Positions 1 to 13,938 are shown, counted from the first letter of the whole stretch. The stretch is DNA of 63,645 bases, filler included, from Kipferlia bialata (GCA_003568945.1; 6 parts of 6 records of this genome joined end to end with filler, not necessarily neighbours in it), one strand, 5' to 3'. Translations and numbers: made by a program. The notes: generated by a model not told the origin, from the letters alone.

Positions 1-3000
1 GCTATGCCAGTGCTCTGGACCAAGGGAACGTTCACCTCGGTGGTCACAGTGGCCACTCCCTGGATTAGGGTCTCCACACTAGTGGCGCCAATCTCCACAG
101 AGCTGCTGAGGGCTCCTATGACGACCTTGCCTGGAGAGACCTCGCCAGCGCCACCCTCGACTGTGACATCTCCCCCGACACTGCCTGCCCCTGTACCTGT
201 GCCCCCTGTCACGAGGACAGACCCACCGTCTCCTAGGGAGGTAGTGGCACCAGTCAGAGTGAGGGTGTCCCCATCACCCGACGTGATGGGTAGCATGGCA
301 ACCTCAAAGGCCGACCCGGTGCCCAGGTAGAGCCCGTCTCCCTCTATGTAGAGGTCGTGACTGACATGGGTCTCTGAAGTGGATGTACCAATGGTGACCA
401 CCCCACATGAGTTGGATCCATCCGTCAGACACCCAGGGTACAGCTCTAGGTCACCGGCAGAAAGGGAACCACTCTGGCCCTGGGGTGAGCGCTCTTAATA
501 TAGAGTAGAATAACGAATTGCAATTGTAGAACCCACCTCGATGATCAGGGATCCCACAGTGGACACATCAGACTCTGGCCGAGAAATTGTGTAGTCGGAG
601 AGGGTCCCTAGCACTAGGGAGTCTCCAAGGATTGTGACGTCTCCACTGACGGTGGTCTCAGGGGACAGGATAGATGTCTCCAAGGCCATGGTACCAATGA
701 GCACACTGCCGTTGTCCCCCAAGGCACCCTCCCCTGCATCGAGGTAGAGGTCTCCGCCATCTGCAGTGCCATACCCACCGGACACATAGGTGTCACCTCC
801 ATTCCCAGACTCAGAGGCACCGCCATTGACGTGGAGGGGGGCAGGTGCCCCAGATGCTGCACCAAGCCCCTGGATGATGTATCCAGCAGACTGGTCTCTG
901 TCTGTACTGCCGAGGGTCACAGTGTCCTCCAGCACAGAGGGAGAGTGTACACGCAATACACCATCGGAGAGAGGGTTGATGACTACCTCGCCCTGCGTGG
1001 CACTTGCATCTGAGTTGACAACGCCCTAAGAGTGAGACACACGAGTCAAAGAGAGACCAATACAATATAGTACCTGAATTGAGAGAGTGCCAGGAGTGGC
1101 TGTGTCATCCGACGAGTTCATAGATATCGTGTAGTCCTCCGAGGATCTCAACGACACCACAAGATCGGTGCCCTTTAGAGCTACAGTATCTCCTGGGAAT
1201 GAGATAAGAATTTATCAATCAAAACAACCATAGGTTATGGAAAGAAGAACTCACCGAGTACGGTAGCATCCTCCACGACTGAGAGGTCCCCACTGACCGT
1301 GGTTGTCATACCAGACTGACTCAGGTTGACTTCAGCACTGTCAGAGCCTACGGTGAGCATAGAGATATAATGATATGTAGTTACATGTACATCCTGAGTC
1401 CCGTACCAATGGTGATACTACCGTCATGTGCGTCGATTGTCAGCGTGCTCTGGATCGACTGAATCTCCCCATCCACGTAGAGCATGGACCTGATCTGGGT
1501 CAGACCCGAGCTCTTGCCTATGATGACGCTGCTGGCATCGGTAGTCCCAATGGACACACTCCCGTTGAGAGAGGTTGTCTTGCCAGCGCCGGCATCGATG
1601 AACACTGACCCTCCGGCAGGGGTGTATGGGGAACTGGTCCCTACACTGCCAGCATCTCCTGCGTATATGAACAAGTGGCCGCCGTCCGACTCAGCGGACC
1701 CCCCCTGGGCCACTAGGGTAGTGGCATTGCCTGCCCCTGAGGAGAGAGGTCTGGACAGGGTGAGGCCACTGTCGGCTTGGCCTAGCACTATACTGTTGCT
1801 GAGGAGGGAGGTATCGGCACCAGTTGCACCGATCTCCACACTGTAGCTGCCTGCACCCAGCAGTACATTGCCCGTGGGTGCGTCTATCACAAGGTGGCTG
1901 TTGTCTGTTGTGGTGTGTGTGACGATGACATCCGCGTGTAGGGTGTCGTAGACGTCAAGGGTGTCTAGCACATGGGTCCCTATACCACTGCCTCCCACCA
2001 CTACGGAGAGGGAGGCCTGGCCCAGCACTAGGTCAGCAGCGGCATGGGTCTCATCCACAGCATCTAAGGGGGACAGGGTGTGGAGGGAGGAGGTGACGGT
2101 GGTGCCATCGGCGGCATACTGACAGGAGCCGATGTATGTATCCGAGGCTGTTGCACCTATCTCCACTGAATACTCACTACCACTGGTATCAAGCACAAGC
2201 CCAGTAGCACTGGATCTCAGCACAGATGTCACCACCTCACTGTTGACAATGACAGACCCAGAGCCGGAGTGCCCCAGAGAGATATCACCCACGGCATCCA
2301 GGGAGAGGGAGGTGGTGGACGTGATGGTTTCAACCGTCAGGGACTCCAGTACTGAAAGGGAGCCCTGCACCGTTGTCACCCTCCCACCCTGAGAGAGGGA
2401 CACACCAGATGAGGATGCCCCAATCACCACACTGCCATAGTCGCCTGTTCCAGAGTCACCTCCTTCTAGCAGCAGGTCGCCTCCGACACTCTCACTTGAC
2501 CGACCTGCCGTAACAGAGAGGTCGCCTCCCGCCCCGTTGACCCCCGACCCCCCCTGTCCCTGAATGGAGAGGAGAGAGGCAGAGCCAGCCACATCGGGAC
2601 GGGAAATGGTGTAGGATGCGGAAACGGCATCGGGCCCGAGTGAAAGAGAGTCTGAGGAGAGAGAGAGAGGTCCCACAATAACCACTGACGTGTCCTCATT
2701 GTCAGAGCCTATCGAGACAACACCACAGTCTGAGGGGTCGGAGGACAGGCACCCTGCCTGCAGTATCAGGTCACCCCCGGACACATCGCTGCTCTGGCCC
2801 TGTATAGTGAAGTCACCTCCAGCCAGGCCAGAGACAGAAGGGCGGGAGAGAGAGGCATCCCCGGAGCCATCGCCCAGGGTAGCCGAGTATCCATTGAGAG
2901 CCACATCACTCTGGACGGTAGTAAGCCCCCCTGCCATTCCGAGAAGAACAGCATCTGAAGAAGTGCCTATATAGACGGAGCCTGTGCCACTGGAGGGACT

Positions 3001-6000
3001 GCTACCCCCATCTACATACACATCACCTGCCAGGACATCTCCCTGACCTCCAGTCACCATGACGTCACCCCCAGTGTGGAGTGCCGCACCGCCCACCACC
3101 TGGAGGGAGGGGGCCTTGTGGCCGGCTGTGTCTGTGACATCACTCGGCCTAGTCACGGTGAATGCGCCAGTCGACCCATCACTCCCAAGGGTGAGGGTGT
3201 CTCCGTCCACCAAGAGGTCCCCGCCCATGTGGACATCACCCCCAGAGGCCATGTTGACACCTACAATACCCTGTGAGTCATCTCCCTTTGGGTATGCATA
3301 GGAGTAGGCCCCCTCTATGTACAGGGCACCCAGAGAGTCTGCATCAGCAGACAGGGGACGGCTTAGAGTGAACGAGTCTGCTATGTCCTCAGCCCCAACT
3401 GTCATGCGGTCACCAGTGATGTCTACAGTACCATTGAGGGTGAGTGACTCATTGACAGAGAGGGGGGCATGTACTGCGACAGCACCGGACGCACTGCCTA
3501 TCTCAACACTCCCCCCCGATGTGTTGATGGAGACTGACCCTGCCGCAGCTGCGTCTCCAGTGCCATCGGTCATCCCCCCTGACACATGCACCGCCCCACC
3601 CACATGGCCTGACCCCCCACTCAGGTACAGGGCACCCCCGGTGTCCCTCTCTCCCGTGACATCAGCGGAGCCGGCTGTCACGTACACTGCGCCCCCATAT
3701 GCTGGGTCTACAGCAGTGCCATCTGCCACCGTGTGCTCGACGGATTGGCCTAGGATGGAGAGGGATGGAGGGGCGGCTATACTGTGAGCTGTGTCTAGGG
3801 TGATGGTATATCCAGCCAGCTCTGGCGCACCATCACCAGTGTCCCCTAGCACAATGGACTGGTTGAAGGTGACACCCTCAGCAAACACAGTCTCACTCTG
3901 CACTGAGAATGCAGAGGTAGAGTCAGTCTCTGACCCAATCACAACCAGTCCACCTGTGTCCCCGATGGAGATCTGACTGCTAGTGCCGGTGTCCGCATCG
4001 GCCATCCCCGTTCTGATGTACACACTGCCGGAAGTGCTGTCGGCCAGGCAGCTGTCAGTTCCCCTCTCAATGCCGTACCCGTCCACACACCCTCCTGCGG
4101 CCAGGTAGAGGTCTCCGCCTCCACTGGTTCCATGCTGACCCACAAGGTAGGTGTCACTACTGGGGACTCCCCTCCTGGACTCTGCCCTAGGGTGAGTATC
4201 AGTGGATATATGAGTGTGCTGGCATATACACATTGTAACAATACCCACCTGGCTATGACGTAGTCCATGTTGTCGTCTGTCCTGCCTATGTCTGCGAAGT
4301 CTGGGTCCCCCAACAGGAGGGTGGGAGACTCAATGACCACAGACGAGGATGCATCCATCAGTCCCAGGTACACCCCGGCACTGCCTGCCCCTATCACCAC
4401 GTCTCCCTTGGCCGCTGCCCCTGCCCCGCCATCTAGAGACAGGGTGCCCCCGGTGGTGCCTCCCTCACCTGCCTTGAGGGTCAGGTCTCCCCCACTGACA
4501 GTACCCTCCCCGGCACTCAGGGACACGTCTATGCCTCCTACCTCGGAGACGGCAGTGGCGTAGATGGCCACGCTCTCTGACACTGCGGACCCCAGCACCA
4601 CATCGCTGTATAGGGTGGTGGTGGAGGTGGCAGTGAGGGGGGAGGTGACCAGGGTCTGGCTGGCATTGGTGCCAATCACCACAGACCCCCTGTCTGCATC
4701 CTCTATGTCACTGGCACTCGGGGCACCCGCATCTAGGTACAGAGACCCAGGGCGAAGGTAGGATGACCCAGCAGACAGACTGACATCGCCTCCGACAGTG
4801 TCATTACCCTGTCCCTGGGATGAGAGAGGAGACAGTACACTAGAGGGTGAGACGCATCATCTTCAAGACCCAACCTGAATGATAAGGGAGGATGCATATG
4901 CAGAGGCCTCAGTGGTGTCTGCAATAGTGAGGTACACATCGTCCCCATCTACTGCAGGTGACAGTGTGATGTCACCGGCCACGCCCAGGTCCGACCCCAC
5001 TGAGACACTGCCCCCAGTGGTGCCCAACAGCACACTGGAGGGGACAGACATACCAATCCTGCAGTGAGTATTCAACTACACATACTCACCACACTACATA
5101 CATAAGTCGAACCTGACAGTGGGTGTTGTGCCCTGCACCGATCCTGCATCGAGTGACAAGTAGTATGCACTCGACGTTATGCTGTCCCGCACAGTCAGGG
5201 GTGCCTGGATGGTGACAGTGCCTAGAGACTGACCGATCAGGACAGAGGAGGTGCGCAGCTTGGTTCCTGGGTGTGAGTGAGTGGATGAAGCAGTGTATCT
5301 AACATACTCCATGTCTGCATACCTGAGCCTGTGCCTATCAGGACACTGCTGCCCAGCATCGTCTGGGCCATGTCGGCATCGGCAGAGTACCCCCTGCCTG
5401 CCTCCAGGGACAGGTCTCCCCCATACACAGAGGTGGATGCAGTGTCAGAGGGCAGAGACCCGCTGTCTCCGGCATAGAGGTATAGGTCTCCTCCGGCAAA
5501 GGTGCCTGCACCTGTCTGACCTGTGAGGCTGGTGGATCTGCCTGTTCCTGACCCTGTGGCCCTAGATATGGTGTATGCCGCATCCTCGTTGCCGAGGGTG
5601 ACCCCAGTCCCTATAAGAGACACACTGCTGTGCGTGCTGGCACCTAAGGGGTGAGGATGCTACCATATTCATGAAACAATGACATTGGTGAGACATGTAT
5701 ATGAGACCAGTCGAGCCGTACCGAGTGTCACGCTCTGTGAGCTGGCCCCGATGACCACACTTCCACTCAGCGTCCCATCTCCACCGTCAATGAGGACATC
5801 ACCTCCCGTGGCACCCTGGGGGTCAGTCAAGACACAGCGGGGAAGTGAACACATACAGAAGCACTCCAAGAGACCCTTACCTCACCACCCGCAATAACCA
5901 CATCGCCTCCCACCCCTGAGCTGTGGGTAGAGGCCTGGCCTGATACTGCGATGAGGGGGGAGATGAATGCATATTAGGGCACTATGAGAGTATACACAAA

Positions 6001-6356
6001 TATACAAAAAATCTCAATCCGCACTTGTGAATGAGTATGTGTCTGCACTCGATGTTGTTGTGCGGCCTAGGTTGAAGGGAGCACTGGACGTGCCAATGGT
6101 AAGAGACCCACTGAAGACAACTTCACTGAGGGTCAGAGGTAGTAGAGAGTATACAACAGAGGAAGAGAGAGCACAACTGGTACCTGCTGAAGGTTGTCTT
6201 GGCCGCAGTGACATTGACCTCAGAGCTGGTGACTGACAACTCATTGCCAGCAATTAGGGTGGTCTGCCCCCCCTCTCCAATCTTGACATCTCCGGCTGTG
6301 ATACCAGCGCCACCCCTCAGCACGAGGTCTCCTCCGGTGGAAGTGCCCTCTCCAGC
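1..6356 (-). CDS. Very large Gly/Ser/Thr/Asp-rich repetitive protein (beta-solenoid/fibre-like), multi-exon, incomplete at both ends
   Basis: 955-aa ORF 1381-4248 plus flanking minus-strand exons joined by short GT-AG introns (e.g. 480-536, 1026-1073). Recurrent modules [YF]T[IL]SRP...IxGQ...GGD[LV]x[LIV]x[AG]G...G[SD]VxIG. Confidence 0.8.
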
Positions 6357-6493
6357 CTGATTGTTACACATTACTATATACTCTCATGCAATAATAACCG
6401 AGAAGTACTAGAGTCACCCTACTCTCTATTTGTGTGTGTGTGTGTGTGGGGGGGGGGGGGCATATAAAGATAAAATATAAAGCCTTACCAGAA

Positions 6494-7053
6494 NNNNNNN
6501 NNNNNNNNNNNNNNNNNNNNNNNNNNNNNNNNNNNNNNNNNNNNNNNNNNNNNNNNNNNNNNNNNNNNNNNNNNNNNNNNNNNNNNNNNNNNNNNNNNNN
6601 NNNNNNNNNNNNNNNNNNNNNNNNNNNNNNNNNNNNNNNNNNNNNNNNNNNNNNNNNNNNNNNNNNNNNNNNNNNNNNNNNNNNNNNNNNNNNNNNNNNN
6701 NNNNNNNNNNNNNNNNNNNNNNNNNNNNNNNNNNNNNNNNNNNNNNNNNNNNNNNNNNNNNNNNNNNNNNNNNNNNNNNNNNNNNNNNNNNNNNNNNNNN
6801 NNNNNNNNNNNNNNNNNNNNNNNNNNNNNNNNNNNNNNNNNNNNNNNNNNNNNNNNNNNNNNNNNNNNNNNNNNNNNNNNNNNNNNNNNNNNNNNNNNNN
6901 NNNNNNNNNNNNNNNNNNNNNNNNNNNNNNNNNNNNNNNNNNNNNNNNNNNNNNNNNNNNNNNNNNNNNNNNNNNNNNNNNNNNNNNNNNNNNNNNNNNN
7001 NNNNNNNNNNNNNNNNNNNNNNNNNNNNNNNNNNNNNNNNNNNNNNNNNNNNN
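6494..7053. other. Assembly gap (N run)
   Basis: Run of N flanked by low-complexity G/C tracts. Confidence 0.99.
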
Positions 7054-7330
7054 TCCCTTTTTTATTTTTCCCCCCCCCCCCCCCCCCCCCCCCCCACCTC
7101 AATTCTCCCTTACCCCCAGTACCATCCAACCAGAGTGTTACTGACTCTTTCTCTCTCTCTCTCTCTCTCTCAATGTAATAATATTGTGATATATTTTTTG
7201 TTATGTATACCCCTCACCCAGTGCCATCCAGGCTGCCATCCGAGTCCTTCTCTCTCTATATATATTATATATATATATGTGTATACATATATTTATATAT
7301 ATATATATATATAATACATCTAACTCCCAG

Positions 7331-10300
7331 TGCCATCCAGGCTGCCATCCGAGTCCTTCTGTCTGTGCTACCCAAGAGCACATGGGAGTATGTGACATCA
7401 CCCCCAGTGGAGACAGGTGACACTCTATACACTATATATTATACACTGACGTGACTACTGATACTGATTCTGCCACACTATATTCTTAACTGATACTGAT
7501 ACTGATGGTGATGACACCAATAGTCAAGAGGATACTGACACTGTTACTGAAACTACTGACACTGATACTGATGATCAAGATGATTATACTGATACAGGTG
7601 ACACCCCCAGTTCCAGTACTGACTCTGTCTCTGTTGACGATGAGAGGGAGAGAGAGAGAGAGATCCAGCGCCAGACCAGCACCGTCAAGAACATCACCCA
7701 GGAGTCCTGTGTCGTGGCGTTTGTCTCTGTCAGCAGCAAGGACAGTGTGCCAGAGGCCGCATTCATAAGGGTACGGGCAATGTATATGTAGTATATATAT
7801 ATAGAGAGAGAGAGAAAGAGAGAGGCGGACAATGTCCCAGAGGCACATTCATAAGGGAAAGTGCATCCTCTATATATGATATTCTGATGCATATGCTCTA
7901 CCTACCCCCATATGCAGTATACGCCCTAACCATAGGACCTCTCCATTCTGATGGATGCCTATGACGTCATGATCCTAGACATCAACAGGACAATGCAGGG
8001 GGTGGGGGTCGAGAAGATCAAGGGTAAGGGATATGTACAAGTATAGTGGTACCATTACATACCTCACCCATAGGAGTCCCTCGTAGTACGTATCAAGTAC
8101 ACATACCATCTCTCTCATTCTATCTCTCTCAGTCTGTACTTACCCAGGCACCCAGGAGTCCCTCATCATTTCAGTATATCCTCTCTCCCCCTCCCTTTAT
8201 CTTATTATTATTTCTCTCTACCCCTAATCATCAGGCACCCAGGAGTCCCTGATAGTGCGTGTCAAGTACACATGTATATTGATCCTATCTGTCTCTCATC
8301 TCTGTCTCTCTCTCTCTCTCTCTCCCTCTATATATACTATTCCTGACTGATTCAGGCACCCAGGAGTCCCTTATCGTGCGTGTCAGGTACAGTGGACCAG
8401 AGACACCTGGGGTACTCACGCCCCAGAAGGGGTTTGATGCGAGGTATGTCACGTGTATGATGGGAATTGTATTGCATCTTCATTTCGCAGGGTGTTGTTC
8501 CTCCAATCTGTCAGTATCCCCATTGCATATGAGAGTATTTGTGTAAGTATATATATATATGTCCAACCCCCAGGGTGCTGTACCACCTGTGTCTCTATGC
8601 CCAGCTGACACTGACACACTTCAGACAGAGGGGGGTGCCCCTAGAGACCATTGTAGGTGGGGAGAGGAGGGTATATACTATATTTACTATAGATATCTCC
8701 CCCTAGAGACAATAGAAGGTGGTGCACAATAGGGCCACTTCAGCATATAGTGTATAAATAGTATGGTGATAATGCTGATATTCGATGGTCAGCCTCGTCC
8801 ACCCCCTCCCCTCATTAACCTTCAGGAGTCCGTGCTGGTGTCTCCTCTGGCAGTGTGACGTCTGGTGTATAGATTCATATATATATATATATCATATTGT
8901 GTATTTTGCCTGATCCGTAGGAGTGAGGGCCGGTGTGGCCTCTGGCAGTGTGACGTCTGGTGTCCTTGGGTCACAGGAACTGATGTACGACATATTTGGG
9001 GACTGTGTCAACACTGCAGCTAGGTATGAGTGTGTATGAAACACAATAATTATTAAATAGAGAGACAGAGAGAGATGTACGGCATCTCTGGGGACTGCAG
9101 CAAGGTATTGATGTATGTATAGTATGTGTGGCTGTCTATATAATTATGATTTGGACTCCAACCCTTGACCCCAGGCTGATGTAGATCTTTCACATTATTC
9201 TTCTTTTTGTGCTGTTTACACATGTTCTATCCAGCTATGATATACATATATACCTATTGTATATATCCATACCCTGACCCCAGGCTTATGCAGAATGGGT
9301 CACACTGGTCTGTGCTTGTCACATATATACATAAGTATACACATTGCATATATCTTCACGCCCTCTCATACCAGGCTTATGCAGAATGGGTCACCCTGGG
9401 ATGTGCTTGTCACTGAGCGTACAGCCAACTCTGTCATGACCGAGTACCCCAAGTACCATACCCTTGGTCTACCTGAGGCACCCTTTGCCCCCAGGGACTT
9501 CACACTGTCATTCAGTAACAGGTATAGTCATGTATATATATGGTGATATGCGGAATTATTCCGTAACAGGTATAGATGATGTATAAGTTTGGAAATATAC
9601 TGATACTGAGACTGAGACTGACTTCACTCTGTCATTCAGTGACAGGTATAGATGACTGACACTGGCTTTACATATATATATGACTGATACTGATACTGAC
9701 CTCACCCTATCCCTCTCACCCCAGACTGGATGTGTCTCTGAAGGGCAAGGGACTGGTGCCTGTCAGGATTGTCTGCTTCTCCAGTGACACACTCCGAGAG
9801 GCAGACAGGTGGGTGGATTTGGAGGGGTATATATACATATATATATTCATCATTGATACTGTGCATGTATATTTGATATATTATCTACACTCCCAGAGGC
9901 AGACAGGTGGGTGTTCATTGTGATGTATCTCTTTCTCTATAAAGACACCTAGCCACCCATTGCAAACAATACGTTCTTATGCCATACAGTATATGTGTCC
10001 ATTTTGATATAGTGTATGTTTACCATACCTCACCCCAAGATTCATGTCCATATTCTTGTCTAGGGTACTGACATCCACCCCCAGTGACGCCCAAGGGGGT
10101 ATCAACCACCCTCACGACTGGATATCGAAGGTTTGAATACTACTATTAGTGTATGTAACTTTAATTATGTATACTATACATATATAGACACGATTGGATA
10201 TCAAATGTGTGTGTTTGTATATATACCTTCAAGGTGTGACCGGCACGCATCTTCATCTCGCTTTGGAAGTGTCGCTTCTGAATCGAGACTGATACTTCGT

Positions 10301-12511
10301 TTAGACCTCATGTAGGGTATATTCTCCCTCTTAGACCTAGTGCGTACTTCTATACTGGTATATACATATATCAATACACACATTCATACATATGTATATA
10401 TATACGCACTCCTGATACCAGCTGATGGCACCCGCTAGAGTAGAGGGAGAGGGAGAGGGAGAGAGAGACTGGGTAGACTCCTCCCATGGACCCCAGGATA
10501 CCTGCATATATGATGTGCGGGATGGTCAGTATCAGGGCCTTACCTTCACTGATACTCCCCACTTCGATAGTGGGAGAGAGGTTGGCCCCAACACCACGGC
10601 GGTATGTTAGCGTAAGAGTTGGATGGCAATTACTCTATAACAATTACAATTACAATTACAATTATTGTGCTCTCTCCCGGTCTCACCCCAGGACCCCTCC
10701 TCCCTGGATGCAAACGCTTATATATATATATATATATATGCATGTTGTATGAAGGGTGTTTGGCTGTAGGCTGAGTATAGTGTATACTGTCTCACCCCAG
10801 GACCCCTCCTCCCTGGATACAAACGCAGTGTCAGCCATACTACATGCACCATGGGACGTCATCAATGCAAGGTACTATCTCTCTCTCTATATGCAAGGTG
10901 TGATATGGAGTATTGCATAATATGACCCATCCACTGTCACAGATAGAGTAGGGTTACATAGAGTGCTGACACTTGGGCTGTTTGATAATTTCCACTCACT
11001 CCCAGTTGCATGTACCCCTCCTACTCTCTCTCTCTCTCTCTCTCTTGCATATTCCCCTCCCTCACCCCCAGTTTCATGGCCCCTCTCCTTCTACCCAAGG
11101 ACAAGGCACTCCTACACTCTGTCCCAATTGTCAGAATGTGCAGCAGAGACTTGTCAATCTGTAGGTGAGATTTGCAGGGTGTATATATATGTATTCATGA
11201 GACTCTGGAATGGTCTTTTGAGGTCTGGTTCCCATTGATATATAAATACTCTTGTATCACATGTCTCAGAATGTGCAGCAGAGACCTATCTATATGCAGG
11301 TGGGGAGTGATTGTCAAAGAATCAATCATTGAAGCTTGTGCTTTGACCTCTTCTGGTGTATATGTTTGTTTTATTTCCATTGGTATGTACTCACACCCAG
11401 GGGTGCGAGTGGGTACAGTGGCTACAGCGGGTCCAGCAGGTATGACAGCCCCCGTGGTGTGTGTGACCTAGACCTAGATACCATACCTGAGGAGGTCGGG
11501 GGGGGTCATGCACGTCACCCCAACAACACGTCCACCCTGGCATCTCTGGTCACTATAGATGCGTCTGAGAGCTCCTCGTGTGCACTCTCCTCCCGCTCTG
11601 CCTGTCTTGAGACGCCTGTGCGTACCAGCTCTGTGCCCCATGCTATGAGAAGACACTCTGTCTCAGGACACCCCTCTCACAGAGAGAAAGAGAGAGAGAG
11701 GCAGGGGGGAGACCAATCAGCCCTCTCTCTGAGTGTCAACCCATCACCCATGGCTGCCTCTCTCCCCCTGATACCTGTGAACAGGTTGTCAGCAGAGGAG
11801 ATAGAGGCACAGAGGGGGGAGGCCAACCCTAGTCTCCCAACAACTCCAATTGGTGTGGTCAAGGACGGTCAAGCGGTCAATGACGGTCAATGGTCCCCCC
11901 AGTCTGAGACTGAGTCTGACTCCTCTTCAGCGGGTGGCGCCATCGGGTACTGTCTGTGTGATGTGTCAGGGAGTGAGAGTGATGGCACACCCTCCTCCTC
12001 CTCCTCCAGTGAGGGTCTGTCCCAGTACCCCTGCCCCATGGACCAGTCCCAGTCACACAGACTCACACCCTCTGGTAGCTGCAGGGCACTGCTTCAGACT
12101 GCTACCATTGACACTGACGCAGTTGGTGTCGAGGCGGGAGAGGGAGAGAGAGAGAGAGAGGGAGGGAGAGAGGGAGGGAGGGCCACCCTTGGGTCCTCCA
12201 TATCTAGTCGCATTGCTGTATTAGACAGGGCCCTCATCCAGTCCTTACAGTCCCTGACTGCATGTGTACCCGAGGGGTCACCTCTCTTCAGACTGAGTGA
12301 CGGTCTGAGGGGTGTGACATCTGCCCTGATGACTGGCAAGGAGAGGAGGGGGAGGGGGAGGGGGAGGGTTGGGAAGAGGATACTGGGGAAGCCCTCTAGG
12401 ACCAGGACCCTCGGCCTTCTGTTACTGGCCGTTCCACAGGCAGTGGGACTCGTCTTCAATCACAGCTTTGTATTCAACGACTATGTCGTTATTGACACCC
12501 TCCACAAGGCA

Positions 12512-12554
<43 letters not shown>

Positions 12555-13698
12555 CTGCTAGATGAAGGCCCAGCTGACCACCGGCCTCACCCTCTTCGGT
12601 CTCGAGGCACTCGTTGTGGGGTTCCTCACTGCTTACCTGTGCAACAAGTGTGTACCATTACAATGATCCACCCATATATCTTTTCCACATGTGTATATGT
12701 AAACCATGATAGTGTGTATATGTGGGAGTCTTACACCAGCCTCGCCGTCGATACATATCCCATCCTGTCAACGGTGTACGGATACGTACTACTGTTGAGG
12801 GCCATGCTTGTCTGCTTTGCGACGGCTATTGTCCTTCGTATAGGCAGTCTGTACATGACCTATACCGCTGGTGTAAGGGCATGTCTCACAGCCACGCATA
12901 GGTATAGGGAGTATCAGTTTGTATATATATGTATAGATCATACATATACATGGTGTAAGGGCATGTCTCACAGCCACGCCCAGGTAATTACTATATAGTG
13001 CATGTATGTTCTAGAAATGTATAATACATTTAGTATATAGTGTATATACCATTCATATATCTTGTGCCTGTCCCACAGCCATACACACGTATACCCAGTT
13101 TCAACATGTATATGTATACATTATCATCACTCTCTCCTGCTATTTCCAGTTCTATCATCTGACCCTCAGTGCTATGGACTCCAAGGAGTATTCCTGCAAG
13201 GGCAGAATGAGCTCCACATCCTATAAGGTGACTGGTGTTGCTGTTTCTCTAGTCACACACTCTCTAATTCATAATTCAAGAGTCTTAACCTTCCCCTCAC
13301 CTCAGAGAGTGTACAAGGTCTGTGCGCTCATTGCCGGCCGGGGACAGTACTTTGTTACCATATACATTGCTTTGTGTGTGTGGGCGGCCACCCAGATCCT
13401 CAGGGCCACTCGGGATGTCTCCGATACAGACGGGGTTCAGATCGAGATTAAGGTATATCAGTTCAACATGTATATATACTACTGATACTGACAGGTTGAG
13501 ATTGAGGTATCAGTTACGATATGTATATATATATATATATATATACTACTATTGATACTGATACTGATGCCCAGGCCGTGATGTGCCTCATGCCCTACCT
13601 CATAGTGCACGAGGCCTACATTACCCTGTTCTCCATGCCCACAGTCGTCACACTCCTGGCACTCTTCTTCAGCGTGGCAGTCTACATCCCTACAGCAG
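7331..13698 (+). CDS. Class III adenylyl/guanylyl cyclase domain followed by a Ser-rich linker and a multi-pass TM block; multi-exon, partial at both ends
   Basis: Spliced translation gives VEKIK-GTQE, GVRAGVASGSVTSGVLGSQELMYDIFGDCVNTAAR-LMQ (8921-9023, 9375+) and VSLKGKG. Hydrophobic segments at ~12400-13698. Continuity between the cyclase and TM parts is inferred; one exon phase near 11160-11400 is unresolved. Confidence 0.85.
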
Positions 13699-13752
<54 letters not shown>

Positions 13753-13852
13753 NNNNNNNNNNNNNNNNNNNNNNNNNNNNNNNNNNNNNNNNNNNNTTAA
13801 TTAATTAANNNNNNNNNNNNNNNNNNNNNNNNNNNNNNNNNNNNNNNNNNNN
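13753..13852. other. Artificial scaffold linker N44-TTAATTAATTAA-N44
   Basis: The same 100-nt all-frame-stop linker recurs at 27593, 41429, 55260 and 58085. Confidence 0.97.
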
Positions 13853-13896
13853 GCTGACCAGTCCTACTCTGTGGCTGCCTCTCTGTTCAAGGACAC

Positions 13897-13931
<35 letters not shown>

Positions 13932-13938
13932 ACAATAG

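Noticed and set aside
4..6236. Plus-strand P/S/T-rich ORFs
   Set aside because: Antisense shadows of the Gly-rich minus-strand gene; splice signals are on the minus strand.
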